Assembly: GCA_002502175.1 (NCBI GenBank)
Contig: DAPQ01000058.1
Span: 1-50,144, forward strand
DNA length: 50,144 nucleotides
From: Euryarchaeota archaeon UBA19
Lineage (GTDB): Archaea > Thermoplasmatota > Poseidoniia > Poseidoniales > Thalassarchaeaceae
Reading direction: 5' to 3'
Part shown: piece by piece, positions 8,780 to 17,721 of the stretch
Numbering within the stretch: the stretch's first letter is position 1
Layout: each line of letters begins with the position of its first letter
Notes under the pieces: generated by a model
The model's database searches: none
Seen by the model: the letters and a program-made list of their open reading frames with translations, nothing else
What the model was told of the DNA's origin: nothing
Translations under genes and position numbers: made by a program

Positions 8780-9952
8780 TTACAGTTCTCTGGTGAATGC
8801 CTGTATTCCGGTTATGTGACGACCGAGAATCAGATTGTGAATATCATGGGTTCCCTCGTAGGTCTTTACCGATTCCAGATTTGCCATGTGGCGCATGATA
8901 CAGTATTCGTCTAGAATACCGTTTGCTCCGTGGATGTCCCTTGCCTCTCGAGCGATTTCAAGAGCTATGTCTACGTTGTTCATCTTTGCAAGAGAAATGT
9001 GTTCTGGAATCCATGTACCAGCGTCTTTCTTCTGACCTAGATGGTATGCCAATAGTTGGGCCTTGGTAATCTCCCTAAGCATCCATGCTAATTTGTTTTG
9101 AACCAATTGATAACTTGCAATTGGGTGAGTAAATTGGATTCGACTGAGGGCGTAGTCCTTTGCTGAATCAAAGCAGGCCTGAGCGGCTCCAACCGCGCCC
9201 CAAGATATACCATAACGTGCGTTGTTCAAGCATGAAAACGGTCCACGCAGTCCCTTCACACCCGGAAGAATCCTATCCTTTGGAATCTTACAATCTTGGA
9301 ATACTAATTCGCTTGTTACACTAGCCTTGAGTGAATGCTTTCCTTTCATTTCAGGAGCACTAAATCCTGGGTCGTCTTTCTCAACAATAAATCCACGAAT
9401 AACTCCATCTAATTTAGCCCAAACAACTGCTAATTGTGCGATAGTACCATTTGTAATCCACATTTTGGCACCATTCAATAGATAGTAATCACCCATATCT
9501 TCGGCCTTGGTAATCATATCACCAGGATTTGAACCGTAATCGGGTTCTGTAAGGCCGAAGCACCCAATCCATTCTCCACTTGCCATCTTTGGAAGATAGT
9601 GTTGCTTTTGTTCTTCACTTCCGAAATCCCAAATCGGATACATAGCAAGGCTGCCTTGAACACTAGCAAAAGAGCGCAATCCGCTATCTCCTCTCTCTAG
9701 TTCTCTGCAAATCACACCGTATGCAGTGTAGGAAAGACCAGGACAGTCATAACCCTCTAGTGGAGCGCCGAGAACTCCCATTTCACCAAGGGCAACTCTC
9801 CATTCGTCTGGGAAGACTCCATCTCTGCAAGCATGTTCGATTTTTGGAATCACTTCTTCGTCAACAAAGTCACGGACCATGTCTCGGACCATCCGCTCCT
9901 CATCGGTCAATAGTGAATCCACATCGTAGAAGTCGAGGGCTTCGTATGGCAT
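8780..9952 (-). CDS. Acyl-CoA dehydrogenase, glutaryl-CoA dehydrogenase-like
   Basis: 390 aa. The N-terminus (LDFYDVDSLLTDEERMVRD.VRDF) and CFGLTEPDYGSNP resemble GCDH. The C-terminus has YEGTHDIHNLILGR. Upstream of etfBA on the same strand. Confidence 0.85.
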   Translation of the reverse strand: MPYEALDFYDVDSLLTDEERMVRDMVRDFVDEEVIPKIEHACRDGVFPDEWRVALGEMGVLGAPLEGYDCPGLSYTAYGVICRELERGDSGLRSFASVQGSLAMYPIWDFGSEEQKQHYLPKMASGEWIGCFGLTEPDYGSNPGDMITKAEDMGDYYLLNGAKMWITNGTIAQLAVVWAKLDGVIRGFIVEKDDPGFSAPEMKGKHSLKASVTSELVFQDCKIPKDRILPGVKGLRGPFSCLNNARYGISWGAVGAAQACFDSAKDYALSRIQFTHPIASYQLVQNKLAWMLREITKAQLLAYHLGQKKDAGTWIPEHISLAKMNNVDIALEIAREARDIHGANGILDEYCIMRHMANLESVKTYEGTHDIHNLILGRHITGIQAFTREL

Positions 9953-10029
9953 GATTTTCAGGCCGTTCGCGAAGTCAACCCCTCATGAAGGTTGCCTGCC
10001 TTTGGGATTCGCGCCGTAGGCGCGTAACA

Positions 10030-10037
10030 CAAAAAAA
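10030..10037 (-). terminator. Oligo-T tract (T8 on the minus strand) just after the stop of the 10053-11270 gene; a GC hairpin CGCGCC-gta-GGCGCG follows at about 10008-10022
   Basis: A8 on the plus strand lies 16 nt from the stop codon. Archaeal termination commonly uses oligo-T tracts. Confidence 0.3.
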
Positions 10038-10052
10038 ATCCGAGAGATAATT

Positions 10053-11270
10053 TCAGCGCCGCTTTCTTTGCTGTTTTGCCCTTCGTCGAGCAAGATGATT
10101 TCTTTCATCTTCATTTCCCATCCGTTCAATAATCCTGTCTTTCACTTTTGTAGGAGATGCCAAATATACTAGACACAGAACAACTAGTCCTGTAGCGGCA
10201 GGAATGGCGATTACAATCCACATACTAAGTAGTCCTGCTGAATCCGAGTCGGTTGGGACATATTGGAACAAATATCCACGGCTTGTTACTATCCAACCCG
10301 AATCGGTTCCAGTGGCCCAAGTGCCGACGATTCTATCACTGGAAAGATTGAGATCTTCAATATCTGAATGCTCAAGCCATGGGTATGAGCCATTGAGGCT
10401 AATATCATGCTCCACAAGACTCGTAGGTGTAGTCGCGATTAGGGCGCGGTCGCCTTCCTGCGCCTCTATACCTACGAAGTACAAATCCAAATTCTGAAGT
10501 CGGCTTATGCTCGGAATCGAAGCAGATATGTCTTCTGGATTCAGCTCGATATGTGCGATAATTTGGTTCTCAGCAATTGCGACACAGTAGGGGGTTTCAC
10601 CACTAGGGCACTCAACACCAGTCCAAGGATATCCAGTTCCTCCGACCCAGGTAAAGGTGTGATCTCTTTCGATTACTCCAATACCCTCGACTGTAGCACT
10701 AACAACACACATCATGATAGTGTTATGGCAATCAATTGCTGTAATCTCGCTAGTCCCTGAAGCGGATAGTGCATGCAGTTCCGCCCCTCCGTCTTCGGCG
10801 GCTCTCATCCTCCAAATCTGGCCTTCTTCGGTACCGACATAAGCCCATGATCCTGCGGTATTCCATGCAACTGAGGTAATCTTTGCATAATCAAGGGACA
10901 CATCAGATGCAGCCCGTTCTAGTGATTGGTCTTGCTTTGCATATCGTAGAACAACCCCATGGTCACCCACAATAAGTGCGGTTTGCCCTCCCGGATGGAA
11001 ATCCGCATCATGCAATTCGCTAACGCCATTCCATACCATTTCGACTTGTTGATTAGGGTCCTCTGCATCTAAGACCCGAACGTACCCTTCCTGTCCGTAG
11101 ACCACTGCGGTTGTTGCGGCTGAATCGATAGCAACACCATTCAGTCCAAGGTCTTCTTCGGAAAGGGACAAACTCTCTGTCAGTCCTACTGCCGAGGTTG
11201 CCAGGACATTATGCGAGGCCAACATGATGACCATGACGGATACCAACAAACCGCGTGCAGTCACTCCCAT
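10053..11270 (-). CDS. Exported repeat (propeller-like) protein with C-terminal TM anchor and basic tail
   Basis: 405 aa. N-terminal signal-like segment (LLVSVMVIMLASHNVLATSA), C-terminal hydrophobic helix (MWIVIAIPAATGLVVLCLVYL), then RRRAKQQRKRR. No confident family assignment. Confidence 0.55.
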   Translation of the reverse strand: MGVTARGLLVSVMVIMLASHNVLATSAVGLTESLSLSEEDLGLNGVAIDSAATTAVVYGQEGYVRVLDAEDPNQQVEMVWNGVSELHDADFHPGGQTALIVGDHGVVLRYAKQDQSLERAASDVSLDYAKITSVAWNTAGSWAYVGTEEGQIWRMRAAEDGGAELHALSASGTSEITAIDCHNTIMMCVVSATVEGIGVIERDHTFTWVGGTGYPWTGVECPSGETPYCVAIAENQIIAHIELNPEDISASIPSISRLQNLDLYFVGIEAQEGDRALIATTPTSLVEHDISLNGSYPWLEHSDIEDLNLSSDRIVGTWATGTDSGWIVTSRGYLFQYVPTDSDSAGLLSMWIVIAIPAATGLVVLCLVYLASPTKVKDRIIERMGNEDERNHLARRRAKQQRKRR

Positions 11271-11371
11271 GCTACTCGCAGAGTGGAAGTTGGTTTAGGC
11301 GTGTGGGATGGCTTGCGAGAGTAGGGTTGTCTGAGGCAGTATTGAAGAATAGGTTGGTATCGCAAGCCTTC

Positions 11372-11890
11372 ATGGAGAGATTCGAGGTCAAGCGCGGACT
11401 AGTCAAACAGGTAACAGCAGATGGGGGTCTTGCGGCATTAGCAAGCAAACATTTTGAGATAGTTGAGGCAGATGGAGAAAACTCATTTTCTGCCTCTCAT
11501 GATATTATGACCTCAATTGTTGGTCACTATTCAGATAAAGGGGCCTTAATTGTAGATGTTACGAACGTTCCACCTAATTTCGATGATCCCGATGCAATGG
11601 CCCGTGCTCAAGATACACGAAAGCGTTGGACCACATTCCTAGACGAGTCCACAGGTTACAATTCCAAGCAACGAGGAGACAAGGCAAAGGAATGGGCAAA
11701 GAAGGCATCAAAAGCCAAATCAGCAGTTTCCGCTGCTCGCCATTTCATGGGTATGTCACAGAATCTATCCGATGATGTCAAGGCCCAAGCCGAGGACTTG
11801 ATTGCAGAAATCGAAACTGCTCTCGAGGACAATGATAACACTCGAGCAGCAGGAAGAGGCGAGAAACTCAACAAACTACTAGACTCCTGA
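11372..11890 (+). CDS. Hypothetical cytoplasmic protein (conserved archaeal-type, function unknown)
   Basis: I prefer the ATG at 11372 (MERFEVKRGLVKQV...). The track's upstream extension overlaps the divergent gene's start. The C-terminal half is a charged helix. Confidence 0.45.
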   Translation: MERFEVKRGLVKQVTADGGLAALASKHFEIVEADGENSFSASHDIMTSIVGHYSDKGALIVDVTNVPPNFDDPDAMARAQDTRKRWTTFLDESTGYNSKQRGDKAKEWAKKASKAKSAVSAARHFMGMSQNLSDDVKAQAEDLIAEIETALEDNDNTRAAGRGEKLNKLLDS

Positions 11891-11899
11891 GTGGTACAG

Positions 11900-13021
11900 A
11901 TGACAACCCAAGAGACGCCAAATGACCTCGACCCCGAGGTTCGCGCGTCTATCGACAGAATGTTCGCTAATGTTGAGGAAGTGGTCGGTTTAGACCACCT
12001 CGCAGGGGTGTTATCTGGCTCTAAGAGTCACGGTGGTGACTCAACTGTTAGAGCATACATCGGTTTGGAACCTAGTGGCAAAGCCCACCTAGGATGGGTG
12101 ATTTTGGCAGAAACCATTCGAAACATGCTTTCTGAGGGAGTCAATGTATTGATTTTACTTGCAGATTGGCATGCTTGGGTTAACGATAAGTTTGGTCGAG
12201 ATATGGAGAAAATCTCTGTCGCAGGAGAGTATATGGCTGAAGTTTTCCGTGTATTGGTCGGTTTCCCCGAAGAAGGAGATGGTCCAGGACAGTTGAGATT
12301 TGTAAGTGCTAGCGAGGTCATGGATTCCGGCGCTTACTGGGAGAGGGTTCTACGATGTTCCAAAGGAATGAGTCTAAATCGAGCACGTCGAACATTCAGC
12401 ATAATGGGTAGAAGTGAAGATTCTTCAGATGATGATTTGGCCGCCTTTTTCTATCCTCCAATGCAAGCAGCTGATATTTTCGAATTGAATATCGACATTG
12501 CATTTGGTGGTATGGACCAAAGAAAGGCGCACATGTATATGCGTGAGGTTGCGGATAGAAATGGATGGTCGAAAGCGACTTGTATTCATACTCCAATGTT
12601 ATCTGGCCTGAAAGGACAAGGTGGGGGTAGAATGGACTCATTTGACCACAAGATGTCGAAGTCTGATCCTGGTAACGCGATCTTCGTTCACGACACACCT
12701 AAGCAGATAGAGAAGAAGTTCCGAAAAGCATTCCTTGAGGTAGGTAATCCAGCATCTCCTGTATTCGAAATCGCCCAACATATCGTACTGCCTAACAATG
12801 GTCAATTGCTCGTTGAGCCTAAACCCGAATTTGGAGAACCAAGCACTTGGAACGACCTCGAATCATTTGTTTCTGCAGTAAGTAATGGAGAAATCCATCC
12901 ATTCGACGCGAAAATGGCAGTTGCAAGGGGTCTCAGTGAGGTTCTTTCGCCCGTTGTAGAACATTTTGACGAAAATAGCGGACTCCTTGACGCTGTGAAT
13001 AAGATGACCGGCTCGCAGTAA
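11900..13021 (+). CDS. tyrS: Tyrosine--tRNA ligase, archaeal type
   Basis: Matches archaeal TyrRS blocks: AYIGLEPSGKAHLG, ILLADWHAWVNDKFG, SLNRARRTF, YPPMQAADI...GGMDQRKAHMYMRE, and the KMSKS loop. An alternative GTG start lies at 11891. Confidence 0.9.
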   Translation: MTTQETPNDLDPEVRASIDRMFANVEEVVGLDHLAGVLSGSKSHGGDSTVRAYIGLEPSGKAHLGWVILAETIRNMLSEGVNVLILLADWHAWVNDKFGRDMEKISVAGEYMAEVFRVLVGFPEEGDGPGQLRFVSASEVMDSGAYWERVLRCSKGMSLNRARRTFSIMGRSEDSSDDDLAAFFYPPMQAADIFELNIDIAFGGMDQRKAHMYMREVADRNGWSKATCIHTPMLSGLKGQGGGRMDSFDHKMSKSDPGNAIFVHDTPKQIEKKFRKAFLEVGNPASPVFEIAQHIVLPNNGQLLVEPKPEFGEPSTWNDLESFVSAVSNGEIHPFDAKMAVARGLSEVLSPVVEHFDENSGLLDAVNKMTGSQ

Positions 13022-13110
13022 TGCGATTAGAGTTAGGCGTCCAAAGTTGATTTGACGCCACAGGTATCATAACCCCCCCCTGACGGCGGGCGTGCGAAGG
13101 AGACCGGACT

Positions 13111-14661
13111 ATGGCAGGTGTTGGAATCGATGACATCGCGATTTACTTTCCAAAGTTATACTTCGATATGAAGGACTTTGCAGAATTCCGCGGTGCTGAT
13201 TTTGGTAAACTCAACAAAGGTTTGGGGCTCACCGCTATGGCGATTCCTGACGCCCACGAAGATACTGCTACCATGGGTGCAAATGCCTGTGCTAGGCTAA
13301 TCGATAGAAATCAACTGGACCCTCGGAAAATAGGGCGAATTTATCTCGGGACCGAATCCGCTCTTGACGGTGCTAAGCCAACTGCAACTTACATCATGGA
13401 TATGCTTGAACAACGCTACGATGACACCTATGGCAAGGAATGCTTCAGAAATTGCGATGTTGTCGACCTAACTTTCGCTTGTATTGGCGCGGTCGATGCA
13501 ATGCACAACACTCTCGATTGGGTCGCCAGAGGTGGAGAAGAGCAGGATAGAATTGGAATCGTGGTGTTTGCTGACAATGCAAAGTACGACCTTGGCTCAT
13601 CTGGCGAATATACTCAAGGAGCCGGTGGAGGTGCAATTCTAATTCGTCACAACCCACGACTTATCGAAATCCCCGATAATTGGGGAGTATCTACAATGCC
13701 GGTCCACGACTTCTTCAAACCTCGAAGAGAGGTAGAGATGAAGACCGTAGTTGAGAATGTCCTAGACCTTGCTGAAGAAGCAGGAGAGCCAAAGAAAGAA
13801 GGATTGGTTGAGAAGATATTAGCTATCCTTCCTAAGTCATCCAAGAAAGACGATATTATGTTTGAATCTCATACTCTGAAGATTCACAAAGATACACCCG
13901 TATTTGACGGCGCATTCTCCAATCGATGTTATTCAGAATCAGTAAAGACTGCTTTCGTCGATTTCAGACAAAAGGCAATCAATTCTGGAAGGTATGATCC
14001 AGAAAATGACGAAATCCTGACAGAACAATGGAATCGGATTATCGTTCATTTGCCATACGCATTCCAAGGCAAGCGCATGTTCCCAGACGTTTTCCGACAT
14101 GATAGGCGTCATCTTCCAATGTGGGAAGAGATAGTCTCTGAGATTGGCCCAGAACCTTTCCCCGAAGACTTCGAGGATTCGGCAGAAGGTCTCGAGGAAT
14201 TTGAGAAAGCCAACGATTCTTATCGGCGTTTAATCTCCAAGACCGACGAATTCAAGGAATTCGTCGAAACGAGAATCGAGAAGACCCAAAGGGCTTCGAG
14301 TCTAATTGGAAATCAGTATACTGGTTCCATATTTTTGGCTTTGATGTCAACCGTAGAATCTGATTATTTGGATGGAACAGACATGGAAGGCAAGAGAGTA
14401 GGACTTTGTGGATATGGTTCAGGAGCCAAGGCCAAGGTTTTCGAGGGAATAGTGCAACCCCAATGGAAGGAAATTGCAAGTCGTTTTTCATTGTTTGAAA
14501 GATTGTCCTCAAGAACACCTCTAGACAAGGATGTTTACGAAAGGCTACACCGTGGCTCTCAGAAAGATTCTGTAGTAACTCCAACAAAGGAGTTTGCACT
14601 AGTTGGAATTGGTAGAGAAGGCAATCTTGAGGGTCAACGTGAATATAGTTGGGTGGAATAG
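13111..14661 (+). CDS. Hydroxymethylglutaryl-CoA synthase (long form)
   Basis: 516 aa. Thiolase-fold HMGS motifs are present: GTESALDGAKP, catalytic Cys in DLTFACIGAVDAM, EYTQGAGGGAILI, and GYGSGAKA near the C-terminus. Confidence 0.85.
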   Translation: MAGVGIDDIAIYFPKLYFDMKDFAEFRGADFGKLNKGLGLTAMAIPDAHEDTATMGANACARLIDRNQLDPRKIGRIYLGTESALDGAKPTATYIMDMLEQRYDDTYGKECFRNCDVVDLTFACIGAVDAMHNTLDWVARGGEEQDRIGIVVFADNAKYDLGSSGEYTQGAGGGAILIRHNPRLIEIPDNWGVSTMPVHDFFKPRREVEMKTVVENVLDLAEEAGEPKKEGLVEKILAILPKSSKKDDIMFESHTLKIHKDTPVFDGAFSNRCYSESVKTAFVDFRQKAINSGRYDPENDEILTEQWNRIIVHLPYAFQGKRMFPDVFRHDRRHLPMWEEIVSEIGPEPFPEDFEDSAEGLEEFEKANDSYRRLISKTDEFKEFVETRIEKTQRASSLIGNQYTGSIFLALMSTVESDYLDGTDMEGKRVGLCGYGSGAKAKVFEGIVQPQWKEIASRFSLFERLSSRTPLDKDVYERLHRGSQKDSVVTPTKEFALVGIGREGNLEGQREYSWVE

Positions 14662-14663
14662 AT

Positions 14664-15911
14664 TCACCCTAGTATTCCATCTAGGACTTTTATGAATCTG
14701 TCAACTTCCTCTTTCGTGTTGTAATGCAATAGGCCAACTCGAAGAGCACCTTCTGGCTCCAATCCTAATGCTTCAGATAATTCGAGGGCATAGAAATTAC
14801 CTGCCCAAGCGAAAATTCCTTCCTCGGCCAATGCCGCACCAATTTGCTCAGCCGTCATCGATGGATGGGTGAATGAGACAGTAGGTGCTCTGTGTTTTTT
14901 CATATATGGATCAGTCACTCCCCATATCTTCACTCCATCTATTTCCTGTAGTCCTTGAATCATCCTCCAACACAATTCACTTTCGTGTTCTTCAATTGCT
15001 GAAAACGCGACACTAAGAGCCTCTCTTCTACTCAAATCTTCATTAGAAATATTTCTGCCTAGCCATGCTAAATGGTCTATTGCGGCAAGAGTGCCAGCCA
15101 TAGATTCGTGACTTTGGGTTCCGGTCATCCAACGAAATGGGACCTCCTCGGAAGATACGCGTAACTTTGCTACAGGAAGTTCAGCGAGTCGGTTGTATTT
15201 ACCCCAAAGAATACCTTGGTGGGTTCCGAAGAATTTGTACGATGAACAAGCGAGATAATCACAACCCAATTCCTGTACATCGATTAATGCGTGAGGTGCA
15301 TAATGAACTGCATCTACGAATACCTCTGCACCAAACGAATGAGCTTTCGAGCATATTCCTTTGACGTCATTTATCGTACCTGAGAAGTTTGAGGCAGCAC
15401 CGATAGCAACCATTACGGTATTTTCGTTAATATTATGTTCAATACTATCGATATTGTGAGTACAATCAACGGGATCAATATCAATCCATCTTAACTTAGC
15501 ACCCGACCATTGAGCGGCTAACACCCAAGGTCGGACATTTGCATCATGGTCAGAGCGAGTGACCACAACTTCATCCTCAGGCCTCCAAGTTCGACTCAGT
15601 GCACTTGCTAATTGAATCGTCAGACTAGTCATATTTTGGCCAAAAACAATCTCTCTATGGTCACTACAACCGAGAAAATCAGCGCATGCAATCATTGTCT
15701 GTTCAATTAATTCATCAGTTTCTATTGAGGTGGCAAATGACATTCCAACATTGGAATTTTGATGCAGAAGATAATGTTTCACGGCTTCTCCAACGGATTC
15801 GGGAGATTGGCTACCTCCTGGGCCATCAAAGAAAATCGCTTGATGCCCATTAACTCGGCGAGTTAATCCCGGAAATCGAGAGCGAATTTGCTCTATCGGG
15901 TAATCTGACAT
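14664..15911 (-). CDS. Class V aminotransferase-fold PLP enzyme (cysteine desulfurase-like)
   Basis: 415 aa. N-terminus IRSRFPGL...IFFDGPGGSQSP, a DAVHYAPH motif, and the PLP-lysine context SSYKFFG. Confidence 0.75.
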   Translation of the reverse strand: MSDYPIEQIRSRFPGLTRRVNGHQAIFFDGPGGSQSPESVGEAVKHYLLHQNSNVGMSFATSIETDELIEQTMIACADFLGCSDHREIVFGQNMTSLTIQLASALSRTWRPEDEVVVTRSDHDANVRPWVLAAQWSGAKLRWIDIDPVDCTHNIDSIEHNINENTVMVAIGAASNFSGTINDVKGICSKAHSFGAEVFVDAVHYAPHALIDVQELGCDYLACSSYKFFGTHQGILWGKYNRLAELPVAKLRVSSEEVPFRWMTGTQSHESMAGTLAAIDHLAWLGRNISNEDLSRREALSVAFSAIEEHESELCWRMIQGLQEIDGVKIWGVTDPYMKKHRAPTVSFTHPSMTAEQIGAALAEEGIFAWAGNFYALELSEALGLEPEGALRVGLLHYNTKEEVDRFIKVLDGILG

Positions 15912-15915
15912 ACCA

Positions 15916-17091
15916 TCACTCCGGAGCGATGGAACGGTTGATTACAATTCTTTGAACTTCTTGAGTCCCTTCGTAAATCTGAGTGATTTTGGCATCACGG
16001 AAGAATCTCTCAACCGGGAAATCTGTGGTATATCCATATCCACCGAGAACTTGTACAGCCCTCTCTGACACCCACATTGCGGTATCGCCAGCAAACAACT
16101 TGGCCATGCTTGCTTCCATTGAGTGTCTAGGCCCATCTTCTTCGTAGTGTCGTTGTTTTGCCCATGCTGCCTTGTAGACCATGTGTCGGGCGGCTTCAGT
16201 CTGTGTTGCCATATCAGCGAGGTAGTTTCCAATGCTCTGATGGTGAGCGATTGGCTTGCCGAAGGCTTCTCGTTGATGAGCGTAGTTTAGAGCAGATTCG
16301 TATGCACCTTGAGCAATTCCTAGCGCCTGTGCTGCAATCCCGATTCTTGAGTTATCCAGTGCGTTCATTGCAATAGGGAATCCCTTTCCAGATTCTTTCA
16401 ATACATTCTCAACAGGTACTTTACAGTCTTCTAATAAGAGAGTACAGGTATCCGAGGAACGAATCCCTAACTTGTCCTCTTTCTTACCAACACTGAAGCC
16501 TTCCATGCTTGAATCAACAATGAATGCTGTTGTGCCACCATGTTTTTTCACTCCATAATCTGGATGATCAACGTCCTTTGCGAATAGTACGTAAATGTCG
16601 GCAGAAGCTCCATTTGTGACCCACATTTTTTCGCCATTGAGGATGTAGTGACTTCCATCATCACTGAGTTTTGCCCTGCAGCCTAATGCTGCCGCATCAG
16701 TACCTGCACCCGCCTCGGAAAGTGAATATGCACCAATTTCACCGGCAGCTAATCGAGGAAGGAAACGTTGCTTCTGGTCCTCGTTACCATGTAGAGCAAT
16801 GGTCATTGAACAAAGTCCAACGTGTACACAGAACATGACTGAGAAAGAGGGGTCTACTCTTGCCAACTCTTCTACGATTATCGCTTCTGAAATATCATCG
16901 ATTGGATTGCCGCCAAATTCTTCTGGTATTGTGATGCCTTGTAGTCCATACTCACAGAATGCATTCCATTCATCCAGAGGTGGTTTTTGGTTACGGTCTC
17001 TATCTAGGCATGTAGGCGCTAAAACCTCCTCTGCAAAGTCCCTAACCATCTCTCGAATCATGCTTTGCTCTTCCGTTTCCGCGAAGTCCAT
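15916..17091 (-). CDS. Acyl-CoA dehydrogenase (short/medium-chain type)
   Basis: ATG at 17091 gives MDFAETEEQSMIREMVRDFA. It also has YSLSEAGAGTDAA, IYEGTQEVQR and a catalytic Glu context. The track's TTG at 17103 is less likely. Confidence 0.9.
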   Translation of the reverse strand: MDFAETEEQSMIREMVRDFAEEVLAPTCLDRDRNQKPPLDEWNAFCEYGLQGITIPEEFGGNPIDDISEAIIVEELARVDPSFSVMFCVHVGLCSMTIALHGNEDQKQRFLPRLAAGEIGAYSLSEAGAGTDAAALGCRAKLSDDGSHYILNGEKMWVTNGASADIYVLFAKDVDHPDYGVKKHGGTTAFIVDSSMEGFSVGKKEDKLGIRSSDTCTLLLEDCKVPVENVLKESGKGFPIAMNALDNSRIGIAAQALGIAQGAYESALNYAHQREAFGKPIAHHQSIGNYLADMATQTEAARHMVYKAAWAKQRHYEEDGPRHSMEASMAKLFAGDTAMWVSERAVQVLGGYGYTTDFPVERFFRDAKITQIYEGTQEVQRIVINRSIAPE

Positions 17092-17208
17092 CTCGATTAC
17101 CAATACTACCGAGCAACATCATGTTGTTAATACATCGTAAACGACGATAACACGCTTATTTCAAGAACGAATCATTCAAATTGGAGACTATGGGCGAGCC
17201 CATCGGAG

Positions 17209-17721
17209 ATGAATATGTCAGACTCGGACTACTTCGAATTTGGAGTTGCTCACGACCGCCGCTACACCCTTGAACATCTTTGGCTACAACTGTTAGATGA
17301 AAAGGACGGTACGGTAAAGGTAGGGATGTCAGAATTCCTACGCGCAGATTACGGAGATGTGGTGCGTGTTATCCTTCCTCACCCTCAGGACACAAGTGAA
17401 TTCGTCCTCGATGATGAAGGGACTGCGGGACCACGAGACGATGGTGAGGAAGACTCCAGCCCAGAAACACCCTCGGCTGGTGATGAAATAGGTATAGGAG
17501 AATTACTTGTTACTCTCCGCACTGTATCAGATAGAGTGTTGATTAATTCTCCATTCCCTTGCAAGGTCCTCGAACTTAATGGAGAGGTCGAAGACAATGC
17601 AGACCTTGCAAACGACGATGCTTATGGAGATGGATGGTTCCTTATTGTCAAGCCTCACGAATTTGATGAGGATCAGTTCCTTGATGCAAATGAATACATC
17701 GAATACCTAAACGAATTATGA
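17209..17721 (+). CDS. Glycine-cleavage H-protein-like (lipoyl-domain fold) protein lacking the lipoyl lysine
   Basis: 170 aa. GcvH blocks are present: YTLEHLWL...VKVGMSEFLRADYGDVVRVILP ... SPFPCKVLELNGEV...DAYGDGWFLIVKP. A second ATG at 17215 has better SD spacing. Confidence 0.6.
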   Translation: MNMSDSDYFEFGVAHDRRYTLEHLWLQLLDEKDGTVKVGMSEFLRADYGDVVRVILPHPQDTSEFVLDDEGTAGPRDDGEEDSSPETPSAGDEIGIGELLVTLRTVSDRVLINSPFPCKVLELNGEVEDNADLANDDAYGDGWFLIVKPHEFDEDQFLDANEYIEYLNEL

